This document shows positions 50,271-61,029 of a stretch of DNA of 64,000 nt, in pieces. A model generated the notes under the pieces. It saw nothing but the letters and a program-made list of their open reading frames with translations, ran no database searches and had not been told where the DNA came from. A program made the translations under genes and the position numbers. This DNA comes from Prochlorococcus sp. AG-459-D04. Lineage in GTDB: Bacteria; Cyanobacteriota; Cyanobacteriia; PCC-6307; Cyanobiaceae. The stretch is taken from the NCBI GenBank assembly GCA_003212035.1, contig QCRA01000002.1, positions 10,032 to 74,031 on the forward strand. Reading direction: 5' to 3'. The stretch's first letter is position 1. Every line of letters starts with the position of its first letter.

Positions 50271-50718
50271 GATTATGGGCACCTCCTTCCGGAAAAAACT
50301 TTTTTTTCGTATTTTTTATATCAACTTTAAAATTAAGAAGCATATTTTTGATAACATAATCACTTTTTGTTAGAAGAATGCCTTCTTTGATTTCTACTTC
50401 CACGTGCCTATTTCCAAGATGATAAGCAGTTTTAATAAGCTCAATTTTAGAATTTGAACTTATTTCAATTAAATCTTCTGTTTTGGCAATTATCTCTACA
50501 AAAAAATTGGACTCGTTAGTTGAAAGAATATCTCCATGATTTAATTTGCCCTTTCTAGGTAATTGTAAAATTATTTCTTGATCACAATCAGTTAATCTTT
50601 TACCTCTTAAGATTCTTCTTTCGTCTGAACTTAAGGTAAGTTTCAAAAATGAACCTAATTTCGGTTTTTTCTTAATCCAATCAGTTACAACAATTTGTTT
50701 ATTCATTCTCATAATCAA
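50263..50718 (-). CDS. ureE: urease accessory nickel chaperone
   Basis: AYHLGNRH, FFPEGGAH. Confidence 0.93.
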   Translation of the reverse strand: MIMRMNKQIVVTDWIKKKPKLGSFLKLTLSSDERRILRGKRLTDCDQEIILQLPRKGKLNHGDILSTNESNFFVEIIAKTEDLIEISSNSKIELIKTAYHLGNRHVEVEIKEGILLTKSDYVIKNMLLNFKVDIKNTKKKFFPEGGAHNHE

Positions 50719-50760
50719 AATTTTTGGTTACTTTAATCTAGTAATTAAAGAAAACAATTT

Positions 50761-51663
50761 ATGATTAAAACTTCATGGGAAGGTAATTGTTTCTTAAATT
50801 TTTTCAATGATAAAGGAAGTCACGGAAAGGTTGATAAAACAATCTTTAAATCTAAATCAACTTCTCCTTATAAGTTATTAAAGTCTACTCATGATCAAGA
50901 AGGCAGATGCATTTTGCCTGTTCTACATACTGCAGGGGGATTGGTTGGAGGTGATTTACTCGATTTTGTGGTAAATCTTGAAAAAAACTCTAAGGTTTTG
51001 TTGACTACTTCTTCAGCTCAGAAAGTATATGGATCAGTTGGAAGATCTAAAATCAATCCAAAAGGAAGTTTTTCAAAGCAAAAGCATCTCATAAACATTC
51101 TTGACAATTCTCATTTAGAATACCTTCCCCAAGAAACAATCATCTTTGCAAATGGTTTGTATGAGCAAATTTTTAAAGTATCTATTTCAGAAACTTCAAG
51201 TTTTTTATTTTCTGATTTAATAAGACTTGGAAGATCTTCTTCCGGGGAATCTATTGAGAGTGGAGTTTTTAGGTCTAAATTAGAAATTATGAGAAATAAT
51301 GATTTACTTGATGATTGGGAATATGTTGATCAGATTGAATTATCTAAGGCAAGTTTTGTGGCCAAGTCAGGCATGGATTACATGCCCGTTTTTGGATCCT
51401 TAATTTGGATTTGTGAAAAAGATTTTTCCAAGTCAAACATAAATAATCTTGTGGAAAATATAAAAAAGATTTTCAATGAAACTAATAGTAATTTATCTAT
51501 TGGAATCCTTGAAAATGGAATCTCTGTAAGATTCCTAGGAAGTTCTTCTCAAGATGCTAGAAAATGTTTTTTTTGTATTTGGAAACAAATTAGGTCTGTT
51601 TCTGGATTTTGTGAGCCAAAATATCAAGGTGTATGGCCTTTACAAGATACTATGAATTATTAA
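50761..51663 (+). CDS. ureD: urease accessory protein
   Basis: [31 protein letters not shown]. Confidence 0.93.
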   Translation: MIKTSWEGNCFLNFFNDKGSHGKVDKTIFKSKSTSPYKLLKSTHDQEGRCILPVLHTAGGLVGGDLLDFVVNLEKNSKVLLTTSSAQKVYGSVGRSKINPKGSFSKQKHLINILDNSHLEYLPQETIIFANGLYEQIFKVSISETSSFLFSDLIRLGRSSSGESIESGVFRSKLEIMRNNDLLDDWEYVDQIELSKASFVAKSGMDYMPVFGSLIWICEKDFSKSNINNLVENIKKIFNETNSNLSIGILENGISVRFLGSSSQDARKCFFCIWKQIRSVSGFCEPKYQGVWPLQDTMNY

Positions 51664-51713
51664 TTATGTTCAGAAAGAACCTTTTTTAAGAATTTATAGA
51701 TTAATTTTTTATT

Positions 51714-52016
51714 ATGCATCTTTCACCTCAAGAAAAGGATAAATTATTGATTTTTTCTGCTGCGCTCTTAGCTGAAAGAAGGCTTAGTCGAGGTCTTAAG
51801 CTTAATTATCCTGAAACAATTGCTTTTTTGAGTTTTCAAGTTCTTGAAGGAGCTCGAGATGGAAAAAGTGTAAGTCAATTAATGTCAGAGGGAACTACCT
51901 GGCTTTCAAAATCACAAGTTATGGAGGGCATTCCTGAAATGGTTGATGAAGTTCAAATAGAAGCAGTTTTCCCTGATGGAACAAAGTTAGTTACTATTCA
52001 CAATCCGATCAACTAA
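51714..52016 (+). CDS. ureA: urease gamma subunit
   Basis: [27 protein letters not shown]. Confidence 0.97.
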   Translation: MHLSPQEKDKLLIFSAALLAERRLSRGLKLNYPETIAFLSFQVLEGARDGKSVSQLMSEGTTWLSKSQVMEGIPEMVDEVQIEAVFPDGTKLVTIHNPIN

Positions 52017-52018
52017 TT

Positions 52019-52339
52019 ATGAGTAATTTAATTCCTGGCGAAATAATTCCTAAACAAGGAGAAATCGAATTAAATCTTGGTAAGGAGGTTAAAACAGTAA
52101 AAGTTTCTAATTCTGGAGATAGACCTGTACAAATTGGATCTCATTATCATTTCTTTGAAGCTAATAAAGCTTTAATTTTTGATCGAAAGATAACACTTGG
52201 TATGCGTCTTGACATCCCTGCAGGAACAGCAATTAGATTTGAACCTGGAGATACAACTGATGTCAAATTAGTTCCATATTCAGGTTTAAGAATTGCAAAT
52301 GGTTTTAATTCATTGGTTAACGGTTATTTAGATACTTAA
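52019..52339 (+). CDS. ureB: urease beta subunit
   Basis: [27 protein letters not shown]. Confidence 0.97.
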   Translation: MSNLIPGEIIPKQGEIELNLGKEVKTVKVSNSGDRPVQIGSHYHFFEANKALIFDRKITLGMRLDIPAGTAIRFEPGDTTDVKLVPYSGLRIANGFNSLVNGYLDT

Positions 52340-52343
52340 AATT

Positions 52344-54053
52344 ATGTCCTATAAAATTGACAGAAACACTTATGCGCAAACTTACGGACCCACTACAGGA
52401 GATCGAGTAAGGCTTGCTGATACCGAACTTTTTATAGAAGTAGAAAAGGATTTAACTACATACGGAGATGAAGTTAAATTCGGTGGAGGTAAAGTTATTC
52501 GAGATGGGATGGGACAGTCGCAGGTAAGAAGAGCTGATGGAGCTGTTGATACCGTAATAACTAATGCTTTGATAGTAGATTGGTGGGGAATTATTAAGGC
52601 TGATGTGGGTATAAAAGATGGAATGATTTTCCAAATTGGTAAGGCTGGTAATCCTGATATCCAAGATAATGTCGATATTGTTATCGGTGCATCAACTGAA
52701 GTAATAGCTGGAGAAGGCCATATTCTTACTGCAGGTTCAATAGATACCCATATACATTTTATATGTCCCCAACAAATTGAGACAGCACTAGCCTCTGGAA
52801 TCACAACCATGTTGGGAGGAGGAACTGGACCTGCAACTGGCACAAATGCCACTACTTGTACTCCGGGTTCTTTTCATATTTCAAGAATGCTTCAATCTGC
52901 AGAAGCATTTCCCATGAATTTAGGTTTTTTTGGAAAAGGAAACTCAACAAACGAGAGCAATCTTATTGATCAGGTTGAAGCTGGTGCTTGCGGATTGAAG
53001 CTTCATGAGGATTGGGGAACGACTCCTTCTACCATAAATTCTTCTTTAAATGTTGCAGATAATTTTGACGTACAAGTATGTATTCATACCGATACCTTAA
53101 ATGAGGCAGGCTTTGTTGAAGATACCATCAAGGCTATTGCAGGAAGAACTATTCATACTTTTCATACCGAAGGAGCAGGTGGCGGTCATGCGCCAGACAT
53201 TATTAAAATTTGTGGAGAAAAAAATGTTCTTCCAAGTAGCACTAATCCAACAAGACCTTATACGAGAAACACTTTAGAAGAACATCTTGACATGCTAATG
53301 GTTTGTCATCATTTAGATTCAAAAATACCAGAAGATATTGCATTTGCTGAATCAAGAATCAGAAGAGAGACTATTGCAGCTGAGGATATCTTGCATGACT
53401 TAGGTGCCTTCTCAATTATTGCTAGTGATTCGCAAGCAATGGGGAGAGTTGGTGAAGTAATTACAAGAACTTTTCAAACGGCGCATAAAATGAAAGTCCA
53501 AAGGGGTCCGCTATCGCAGGATTCAGATAGAAACGATAATTACAGGGTAAAGAGATATATTTCTAAAGTCACAATTAATCCTGCAATAGCTCATGGTATT
53601 GATAAACATGTTGGGTCAATAGAAAAGGGTAAAATTGCGGATTTGGTATTGTGGAAACCTTCCTTTTTTGCGGTAAAGCCTGAATTAGTTGTTAAAGGGG
53701 GATCTATAGTTTGGTCTCAAATGGGTGATGCAAATGCTTCAATTCCTACTCCTGGTCCTGTACATGGTCGACCTATGTTTGCAAGTTTCGGCCAATCTCT
53801 AATTAAGAGTTCTTTTACCTTTTTAAGTAAAAATTCAATTGATCAAAATATTCCAAATAAATTAGGCTTACAAAAGAAATGTTTTGCCGTAGAAAATACC
53901 AGAAATATCAATAAAACAAACTTAAAACTAAATAGTAAACTACCAAATATTTCGGTTGATCCTCAAACTTATGAAGTTTTCTCTGATGGGGAACTTCTTA
54001 CTTGTGAACCTCTTGATGAAGTCCCAATGGCTCAAAGGTACTTTTTACTTTAG
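52344..54053 (+). CDS. ureC: urease alpha subunit
   Basis: [27 protein letters not shown]. Confidence 0.98.
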   Translation: MSYKIDRNTYAQTYGPTTGDRVRLADTELFIEVEKDLTTYGDEVKFGGGKVIRDGMGQSQVRRADGAVDTVITNALIVDWWGIIKADVGIKDGMIFQIGKAGNPDIQDNVDIVIGASTEVIAGEGHILTAGSIDTHIHFICPQQIETALASGITTMLGGGTGPATGTNATTCTPGSFHISRMLQSAEAFPMNLGFFGKGNSTNESNLIDQVEAGACGLKLHEDWGTTPSTINSSLNVADNFDVQVCIHTDTLNEAGFVEDTIKAIAGRTIHTFHTEGAGGGHAPDIIKICGEKNVLPSSTNPTRPYTRNTLEEHLDMLMVCHHLDSKIPEDIAFAESRIRRETIAAEDILHDLGAFSIIASDSQAMGRVGEVITRTFQTAHKMKVQRGPLSQDSDRNDNYRVKRYISKVTINPAIAHGIDKHVGSIEKGKIADLVLWKPSFFAVKPELVVKGGSIVWSQMGDANASIPTPGPVHGRPMFASFGQSLIKSSFTFLSKNSIDQNIPNKLGLQKKCFAVENTRNINKTNLKLNSKLPNISVDPQTYEVFSDGELLTCEPLDEVPMAQRYFLL

Positions 54054-55276
54054 AAATTTTTAATTAATTCTTTTTCAGTTGTTTTTATATCTTTTGACCC
54101 AGCAATTGCCAAATCTTCTTGCAGTTTGTTCTCACAAGATAGAACTCTTGACCAACTTGGTAACTGCTGTGTCGTAGGGTGAGCTAAGTAATCTTCTGTA
54201 GCTGGTCTCAAAAGTTTCGCGAATTTTTGTACTGATAGCTCTTCTTCATGCCTATCATATGGAAGTTGATTAACTGCTGAATCTAATCCAAATTGTTTTA
54301 CCCGATCTTCCCCAACTCTTTTGTAGAGAACTTCTAAGGTTGCTAGTTGAGTACTTGTTAAGGTCTCTGCTTGATGCTCCATGAGACCTCTTAAAACACT
54401 TGAAAGTATTTCTGTACACATTTTTTGCAATCCCTCTTTAGATGAATCACCAATATTCTTATGTTTATGATCAAACAAACCTAGGTCAACTTGGGCTATT
54501 TTGGAGGTTCTTACATTTCTATAAACCTCTGATAATAAACCTATCTCTAAACCCCAGTCACAAGGGATTCGTAAATTCATCGCAAGGTCTTTGGTGAAAG
54601 CAAACTCACCCGCTAATGGATATCTAAATGATTGAAGATATTGTAAAAAAGGACCCTTCCCTACTAACTGTTCAAGACTTGCCAATAAGGGGCCAACAAA
54701 TAATCTTGTTGCTCTACCTTGCAATTGATTGGTCTCTAAGGATAACCTGCTGTAAAAAGCCTTTACATATGATATTCCATATGATTCATCCAAAAGTGGA
54801 AGTATCATTCTTGAAGGATACAAAGGACTAAAAGTTCTTATATCAGCATCAAAAAGAGCAACAACTTCTGATTTTCTTGTCGCAACTCCTATGCCTTGCC
54901 ACACAGCCCATCCTTTACCTGGGGTTCCTAAAAGTTCTAAGCCATTTTTTTCTTGACTTTTTAATAGTTCTATTACAGAGGGAGAATTAGTCCATTGTAC
55001 GTGAACTGGAAATGGCATTGAGTCAAAAAATGATTTTGCTGCTTTAACTTGCTCAACAGTTTTTGCAGAGAGAGCAATAACTAATTCATTTAAGCCTGTA
55101 AGGTCTTTTAAAACTTCTCTTATATCTTTTAATGCTGGACGCTCAAATTCTTCATATAAGCAAGGTATTAGAATGCTAGTTGATCTTTTTTTAAGACTTT
55201 TGTTTAATTCTTTAAGTAAATTTCTTGTAACACCATATTCATGTATTGTTGTGATTAAACCTTGTTGAAAGTCCAT
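54050..55276 (-). CDS. gpgS: glucosyl-3-phosphoglycerate synthase
   Basis: GT-A fold motifs GKGWAVW, DAD, GRATRL, YPLAGEF, WGLEIG, HKH; clustered with a HAD phosphatase. Confidence 0.85.
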   Translation of the reverse strand: MDFQQGLITTIHEYGVTRNLLKELNKSLKKRSTSILIPCLYEEFERPALKDIREVLKDLTGLNELVIALSAKTVEQVKAAKSFFDSMPFPVHVQWTNSPSVIELLKSQEKNGLELLGTPGKGWAVWQGIGVATRKSEVVALFDADIRTFSPLYPSRMILPLLDESYGISYVKAFYSRLSLETNQLQGRATRLFVGPLLASLEQLVGKGPFLQYLQSFRYPLAGEFAFTKDLAMNLRIPCDWGLEIGLLSEVYRNVRTSKIAQVDLGLFDHKHKNIGDSSKEGLQKMCTEILSSVLRGLMEHQAETLTSTQLATLEVLYKRVGEDRVKQFGLDSAVNQLPYDRHEEELSVQKFAKLLRPATEDYLAHPTTQQLPSWSRVLSCENKLQEDLAIAGSKDIKTTEKELIKNF

Positions 55277-55326
55277 TTTCTAATTGATGTGCAGAATAGT
55301 ATTAATACTTCGTTGATTTTTTCAAA

Positions 55327-57087
55327 GTGAAGCAAATTGATTCAGTGAAAAAATTAGATAGATTAAAGATTGATAAATTGTTAAAAACAATTTATTCAAA
55401 TAATACTACAGAAGAAATTAATTTTATTTCAAATCAATTATTACAGATTTTAGATGATTTCTCCGAGAAATCTGCTTATGAAGAAAAAAGAGATAAGGAA
55501 AGGTGGAATGAATCTCATTCGGTTTTGATAACTTATGCAGATAGTATTTATAAAAATGGCGAGGCAACATTAACAACTCTTAATGAGTTGTTAAGTAAAC
55601 ATTTTGGCAGTCTTTCTAAAGTTGTACATATTCTTCCTTTTTTGAAATCCACAAGTGATGGAGGTTTTGCAGTCTCAAGTTATGATTCCTTAGAAGAAAA
55701 ATTTGGTGGTTGGGATGATCTCAAAAGTATTTCTAAAAATCATGATTTGATGGCTGATTTAGTACTAAACCATGTTTCATCATCTCATCCATGGGTTCAA
55801 CAATTTATTAAATACCAAGAACCAGGAATATCAAATGTTTTTTCACCAAAACAAAATCTTGACTGGTCAAATGTTGTTAGACCAAGAAGTTCCTCCTTGT
55901 TTTCTCAAATTAATACTGAAGATGGCCCTAAACAAGTTTGGACAACTTTTGGGCCAGATCAAATTGATTTGAATTGGCATAATCCGAAAATGACTCTTGA
56001 GTTCTTAAATTTAATTATTACTTATTTATCTAATGGAATTAAATGGTTAAGGCTTGATGCTGTAGGTTTTATTTGGAAGGAATCCGGAACAACATGCTTG
56101 CATTTACCAAAAGCACATTCAATTGTGAAACTTTTAAGAGTTCTTTTAAATAATCTTCTTGATGAGGGAGTTTTAATAACTGAAACTAATGTTCCACAGA
56201 AGGAAAATCTATCTTATCTTATTCCTGATGATGAAGCCCATATGGCATACAATTTTCCTTTACCCCCTCTTCTACTAGAGGCAATTATTACTTCAAGAGC
56301 TGATATTCTAAACTCATGGATTTTTGATTGGCCCATATTACCCGAAGAAACTACTTTGTTTAATTTTACTGCATCGCACGATGGTGTTGGGCTAAGAGCT
56401 CTTGAAGGTTTAATGAACGAACAGAGAATAAAAGATTTATTAATTAATTGTGAGAAAAGAGGCGGATTAGTAAGTCATAGACGTTTATCAAATGGTGATG
56501 ATAAACCTTATGAATTAAATATTAGTTGGTGGAGTGCAATGGAAGACTCAAGTAGAGATTCTAAAAGATTTCAATATGAGAGATTTATTTTGAGTCAATT
56601 ATTGGTAATGGCTCTGAAAGGGGTCCCTGCATTTTATTTGCCAGCATTACTAGCTTCAGAAAATGATATCAAGAGTTTTTCTATGACAGGTCAAAGAAGA
56701 GACCTAAATAGAGAAAAGTTTAAATCAGAAAATCTTTTAGCCGTTTTAAATAATCCTGAATCTAATGCTAATAAAAACTTAAAATATCTTCGTAATGCTA
56801 TGGATGTCAGATCAGAATTAAAACAATTTCACCCTTGTTCACAAATGAAATGTTTGTCTAAAGGTAGAAGTGATATTGTTGTAATCAAAAGAGGTAAAGG
56901 TCCTGAGTCAGTTTTTGCAATCCATAATATGACTGAAAATAAAATTAATTATCAATTGAACGATAATGATCTACCAAAAATTATTGATAATGATTTCAAT
57001 ACCCATGATTTTTTAACATCATCTAAATACAATTGCAAAAATATTAGTCTTGAGCCTTTTCAAGTAATTTGGCTTAGTGCTTTATAA
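55327..57087 (+). CDS. GH13_18 glucosylglycerate phosphorylase
   Basis: DLVLNH, RLDAV, ITETNVP, ASHDG, YELN. Confidence 0.8.
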   Translation: MKQIDSVKKLDRLKIDKLLKTIYSNNTTEEINFISNQLLQILDDFSEKSAYEEKRDKERWNESHSVLITYADSIYKNGEATLTTLNELLSKHFGSLSKVVHILPFLKSTSDGGFAVSSYDSLEEKFGGWDDLKSISKNHDLMADLVLNHVSSSHPWVQQFIKYQEPGISNVFSPKQNLDWSNVVRPRSSSLFSQINTEDGPKQVWTTFGPDQIDLNWHNPKMTLEFLNLIITYLSNGIKWLRLDAVGFIWKESGTTCLHLPKAHSIVKLLRVLLNNLLDEGVLITETNVPQKENLSYLIPDDEAHMAYNFPLPPLLLEAIITSRADILNSWIFDWPILPEETTLFNFTASHDGVGLRALEGLMNEQRIKDLLINCEKRGGLVSHRRLSNGDDKPYELNISWWSAMEDSSRDSKRFQYERFILSQLLVMALKGVPAFYLPALLASENDIKSFSMTGQRRDLNREKFKSENLLAVLNNPESNANKNLKYLRNAMDVRSELKQFHPCSQMKCLSKGRSDIVVIKRGKGPESVFAIHNMTENKINYQLNDNDLPKIIDNDFNTHDFLTSSKYNCKNISLEPFQVIWLSAL

Positions 57088-57089
57088 AA

Positions 57090-57887
57090 ATGTTAGAAAA
57101 TTCTTCTATTTGGGTAGTAAGTGATGTTGATGGCACGTTAATGGATCACTCCTATGATTTGTCACCTGCTAAAGAAACTATAAAAAAACTACAAAAATTA
57201 TCTATACCCGTAATTCTTTGTACAAGCAAAACCGCTTCTGAAGTAAAAGTTATTAGAAAGGAACTTAACTTAACGGATCCTTACATTGTTGAGAATGGTG
57301 CAGCAATATATGGTGAATCTCTTAAAAGAGTAAATGGAGAAATTATTCTTGGAATAAAATACGAATCTCTTGAAGAAATCTTAAATTTTATTTCTAGTGA
57401 AATTGATTATAAACTTATTCCTCTTAATAAACTCACTGATCAAGAAGCTACTGAGCTCACAGGTTTAGAAGGGAACTCATTAAACTTAATGCGTGATAGG
57501 CACTGGAGCATGCCTTTTTTAAATCCGCCAAGTTATCTAGAAGAGAAAATTAAAATCTTTTGTAAAAAGTTCAATGTTGATATTTATAAGGGAAATAGAA
57601 TGAGTCACTTATTATCTACAAAATCTAATAAAGGGAAAGCAATAAATACTCTTAAAGAATATTCAAATGTTCAAAATATTGAGATTATAGGTTTAGGTGA
57701 TTCTCCAAACGATTTTCCTCTACTTTTAAACTCAGATATTAAAATTGTTATTCCTGGAGTAGATGGACCTAACTTAAATTTACTAGATCTATTAAAAGAT
57801 TTGGAATTTACTTTAGCTTCTGAACCAAATGGATATGGTTGGAGAAATGAAATCAATAAATTGATAAATAAGCGAGAAATAAGTTAG
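57090..57887 (+). CDS. gpgP: glucosyl/mannosyl-3-phosphoglycerate phosphatase (HAD-IIB)
   Basis: DVDGTL, CTSKT, VENG, GDSPND. Confidence 0.85.
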   Translation: MLENSSIWVVSDVDGTLMDHSYDLSPAKETIKKLQKLSIPVILCTSKTASEVKVIRKELNLTDPYIVENGAAIYGESLKRVNGEIILGIKYESLEEILNFISSEIDYKLIPLNKLTDQEATELTGLEGNSLNLMRDRHWSMPFLNPPSYLEEKIKIFCKKFNVDIYKGNRMSHLLSTKSNKGKAINTLKEYSNVQNIEIIGLGDSPNDFPLLLNSDIKIVIPGVDGPNLNLLDLLKDLEFTLASEPNGYGWRNEINKLINKREIS

Positions 57888-57891
57888 TAAT

Positions 57892-58836
57892 ATGAAAGAT
57901 TTAGATATTAATTTTCCTCTTGAAAAATTTGAAAAATTAATTGTTGATATTGGTTGGGAATCCTTGGATGATTGGTTCAATTTTTGGAACAATCAAAGAA
58001 ATATTCTTTCAATTGATCAATATTGGAAAAATAAAGTAAATGAGGATTGGATTTGGGGTTTAGCTTTACCTCTTTTATCTCAAGCCTATAGATTTCATAA
58101 TAATTTTTCTAATAGAAAAATTATTGGTATCTCAGCTCTTCCAGGAACAGGTAAAACAACTTTAGGTAATTGGCTTGAAGCAATATCCTTAAATTTAAAT
58201 TTCAAAATTGCTGTTATTTCAATTGATGATTTTTATCTTCCTTCAGATGAAATGAAATTAGCAATCAAGAATAACCCTTGGAACGTATCTAGAGGTTTTC
58301 CTGGTAGTCACTCAGTAAAGTTAATGTATGAAAAATTATTATATTGGAAAATTAATGGAGAGTTAAATGTTCCCGTTTTTGATAAGTCACTGAGGAATGG
58401 CTTAGGAGATAGATCTCATTGGAGATTTGATAATCCTGATTTAGTAATTCTTGAGGGATGGTTTTTAGGAATAGAACCATGCTCAATTGATGTTAAGGAT
58501 CAACACATACAATCAGCAGTATTGAGTCCAAATGAATCTTCTTATACATTAAAGATTCAAAATAAGTTAAATGAATATTTAGATGTTTGGAGTTTAATAG
58601 ACAATATCTGGCACTTAAAACCCTTGAAGATTGAATATATGAATATGTGGAAAACAAGTCAAGAAAAAGAAATGTTCTTACAGAAAGGCAACGCCCTTAA
58701 AGACGAAAAATTATCTAATTTCTTGAGAATGCTTAATGTCTCTATCCCACATAATAGTTTTGATTTTATAAAATCATATGCTCTTTTATTAATTGATCAA
58801 GAAAGAAATTTAGTTGAAGTTGGATTGAATTTGTAG
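57892..58836 (+). CDS. D-glycerate 3-kinase-like P-loop kinase (GLYK type)
   Basis: PGTGKTT, SIDDFYL, RGFPGSH, PVFDKSLRNGLGDR, LEGWFLG. Confidence 0.75.
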   Translation: MKDLDINFPLEKFEKLIVDIGWESLDDWFNFWNNQRNILSIDQYWKNKVNEDWIWGLALPLLSQAYRFHNNFSNRKIIGISALPGTGKTTLGNWLEAISLNLNFKIAVISIDDFYLPSDEMKLAIKNNPWNVSRGFPGSHSVKLMYEKLLYWKINGELNVPVFDKSLRNGLGDRSHWRFDNPDLVILEGWFLGIEPCSIDVKDQHIQSAVLSPNESSYTLKIQNKLNEYLDVWSLIDNIWHLKPLKIEYMNMWKTSQEKEMFLQKGNALKDEKLSNFLRMLNVSIPHNSFDFIKSYALLLIDQERNLVEVGLNL

Positions 58837-58929
58837 CATTTTCTAAATTTCTTTTTTTTTCAGTAATTTTGTATACATTTTTTCAGGCTTTAGATAGTGT
58901 TTAATTATTAATATCTTGCTGCTTAAGGG

Positions 58930-59157
58930 ATGATTGAGTTTTCTTACAAAAATGAAGGCTGTAGAATGGTTGTTTTGCGATGTGTTGGCCCATCAAATTT
59001 TTTTTTAGAGAGAGTTTTGTTTCCAACTGATATTCTTACTTTTATGGCCCCAAATGACTCAAGAGTTGAAATCTGGGGGAATGAATTATATGGTCCAAAG
59101 TTAGAAGAGAGAATAAGAATTTCTGCTGATAATGAAGATTCCACTTTAGTTGCCTAG
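58930..59157 (+). CDS. DUF1830-type protein
   Basis: YKN...VLRC, FLERVLFP, FMAP....EIW. Confidence 0.75.
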   Translation: MIEFSYKNEGCRMVVLRCVGPSNFFLERVLFPTDILTFMAPNDSRVEIWGNELYGPKLEERIRISADNEDSTLVA

Positions 59158-59246
59158 TAAAGAAATTCTCTAATTGTCTTCGAGTCAAAATTTTTTACAA
59201 ATACCTAGTTTTTATTGATATTATCAAACTAGTTTTAGTTTTATAG

Positions 59247-59372
59247 ATGTATTATTTTTCTTCCTTTGCAATAGGTGGATTTGTTCCCTCTGCAGCTATC
59301 GCTGGAGTTTTACTTTTAATTGGTTTAGGAGCCTTCTTTTATCTTGGTATTAAAGGCCCTACAGATTATTAA
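59247..59372 (+). CDS. 41-aa single-TM microprotein (not in ORF track)
   Basis: MYYFSSFAIGGFVPSAAIAGVLLLIGLGAFFYLGIKGPTDY. Confidence 0.6.
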   Translation: MYYFSSFAIGGFVPSAAIAGVLLLIGLGAFFYLGIKGPTDY

Positions 59373-59437
59373 TGCTGAGTTAAATGAACATATGGTTATT
59401 TAATTTTTTTATAACCTCACTAAAAAATGTTATCACT

Positions 59438-59572
59438 ATGGATTTAACTACTATTTTATTTATATTAAGCTTACCTTTCGTTCTATTAACTGTTTACTTT
59501 GGTACAAAAAATGACTTTTATGAGAGTGAAAACTATAAAGGAGATGGATGTGCCCACGATGTTAAAAGATAA
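59438..59572 (+). CDS. ndhP: NDH-1 small subunit NdhP
   Basis: TM helix followed by FGTKNDFYESENYKGDGCAH, resembling the NdhP C-terminus as I recall it (FGTRNGFYDTDQYHGNGSAH); ATG at 59438 preferred. Confidence 0.75.
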   Translation: MDLTTILFILSLPFVLLTVYFGTKNDFYESENYKGDGCAHDVKR

Positions 59573-59580
59573 TTTTATTT

Positions 59581-59853
59581 TTAATCACCTCTAAATACAC
59601 AAGTCCATCTACTATCAAATTGCCAAACAGGTTTATATATTTCATTCGTAATTTTTTCACCAGCCTTATTACATGTGTCCAAATCTTTCATTGGAATAGA
59701 ATGTAGTGATGGACTTGTTATTCCACTAACCTCTGGTCTTCCACCTGGCCCTTGTCTATAAGTTCCAATTATCAACCAATACTTAGCTTTTGCAGAATCA
59801 GAAAAGATTAAGGAAAAAAGAAAAAATAATATTAAGATAGATTTTTTTTTCAT
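59581..59853 (-). CDS. exported hypothetical protein
   Basis: signal peptide (AKA), two Cys. Confidence 0.7.
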   Translation of the reverse strand: MKKKSILILFFLFSLIFSDSAKAKYWLIIGTYRQGPGGRPEVSGITSPSLHSIPMKDLDTCNKAGEKITNEIYKPVWQFDSRWTCVFRGD

Positions 59854-59920
59854 TTTTACATATTAGCTTTTAATTGTTAAATGTAAATTGCTATTAATAA
59901 ATAGGTAAGTTTATAATTTT

Positions 59921-60721
59921 TTGGAATATTTTAAATTTATTTTATATGGTTTAATCCAAGGGTTTACGGAATTTATTCCTGTAAGTAGTACAGCTCATCT
60001 AAAAATTATATCTCTTTTATTAGGTATTGATGATCCTGGCACTTCTTTGTCTGCTACTATTCAACTTGGAAGTGTTTTAGCTGTAGCTTGGTATTTTAAG
60101 AATGATATTTTTAATTTTAAAAGTCATTTTTCAAAAAAACTTCTTGCAAATCTCTTACATAAAAGATTATTAAGGTCTATTTTGATTGGAACTATCCCAA
60201 TTGTTTTGCTTGGTGGGAGTATAAAATTATATGTCCCTAATTTTTTTGATAACGTTCTTCGTTCGAATTTATCAATAGCATTGGTTTCATTTCTAATGGC
60301 TTTTTTAATGTACTTGGCAGATAGCTCGAGAAGAGGTTCTATTAATATTAAAAACCACAATTATTCAGATAGTTTTTTGATAGGCTTTTTTCAGGCATTT
60401 GCAATTATTCCTGGTGTTTCAAGATCGGGTATTACTATTTCTAGCGCTCTTTTATCGGGATGGGAAAGAAGCGATGCTGTGAAATTTTCTTTTCTTTTAG
60501 GGATGCCAGCCATCTCTCTAGTTGCGATTGTTGAGTTTATTTCTTCTTTTAATGATCTTTTTTCATTAGGTTTCCTCCCTCTTTTTGTTGGTCTTCTGAC
60601 TTCATTTTTTTCCTCTTTATTGGCTATAGATTTCTTGTTAAGATATTTTTCTTCAAATGGGTTGAAAATTTTTATCATCTATAGAGTTATTTTTGGTGTT
60701 GTAATCCTTCTGAATTTATAA
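59921..60721 (+). CDS. uppP: undecaprenyl-diphosphate phosphatase
   Basis: QGFTEFIPVSSTAHL, IQLG, PGVSRSG, FSFLL. Confidence 0.95.
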   Translation: MEYFKFILYGLIQGFTEFIPVSSTAHLKIISLLLGIDDPGTSLSATIQLGSVLAVAWYFKNDIFNFKSHFSKKLLANLLHKRLLRSILIGTIPIVLLGGSIKLYVPNFFDNVLRSNLSIALVSFLMAFLMYLADSSRRGSINIKNHNYSDSFLIGFFQAFAIIPGVSRSGITISSALLSGWERSDAVKFSFLLGMPAISLVAIVEFISSFNDLFSLGFLPLFVGLLTSFFSSLLAIDFLLRYFSSNGLKIFIIYRVIFGVVILLNL

Positions 60722-60775
60722 GTTGTTGAGAAAAAATTTTTTCAATTATGTTAGGGTAAAAAAAATTAATTTCTA

Positions 60776-60928
60776 ATGAATATTTTTATATCTTTCCAAC
60801 TAGGTGAAGTAGAAGTTTCAAATCTTACTATATTGGTTTTAGCGTTTTTTTCTTCTTTTACATTCTTAGCTGTAGGCATAAGTTCATATAAACTATACAA
60901 ATCTCTGATAAATGAAGACGATAAGTAA
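60776..60928 (+). CDS. 50-aa single-TM microprotein (not in ORF track)
   Basis: MNIFISFQLGEVEVSNLTILVLAFFSSFTFLAVGISSYKLYKSLINEDDK. Confidence 0.5.
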   Translation: MNIFISFQLGEVEVSNLTILVLAFFSSFTFLAVGISSYKLYKSLINEDDK

Positions 60929-61002
60929 TCGGAACGGCGGGATTTGAACCCACGACCCCCACTACCCCAAAGTGGTGCGCTACCAAACTGCGCTACGCCC
61001 CG
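60929..61002 (-). tRNA. tRNA-Pro (GGG)
   Basis: CGGGGCG acceptor stem, CCACT-TTGGGGT-AGTGG anticodon arm, GGTTCAAATCC T-loop; CCA not encoded. Confidence 0.96.
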
Positions 61003-61029
61003 TGTCTTTACTATAGAGATAAGTTTGAT

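Noticed and set aside
51630-51644. TGTATGGCCTTTACA upstream of ureA
   Set aside because: The spacer is 7 nt rather than 8 and it lies inside ureD coding sequence.
60929-61002. tRNA-Pro as an integration site for a mobile element
   Set aside because: No integrase and no duplicated tRNA 3' end seen in the window.
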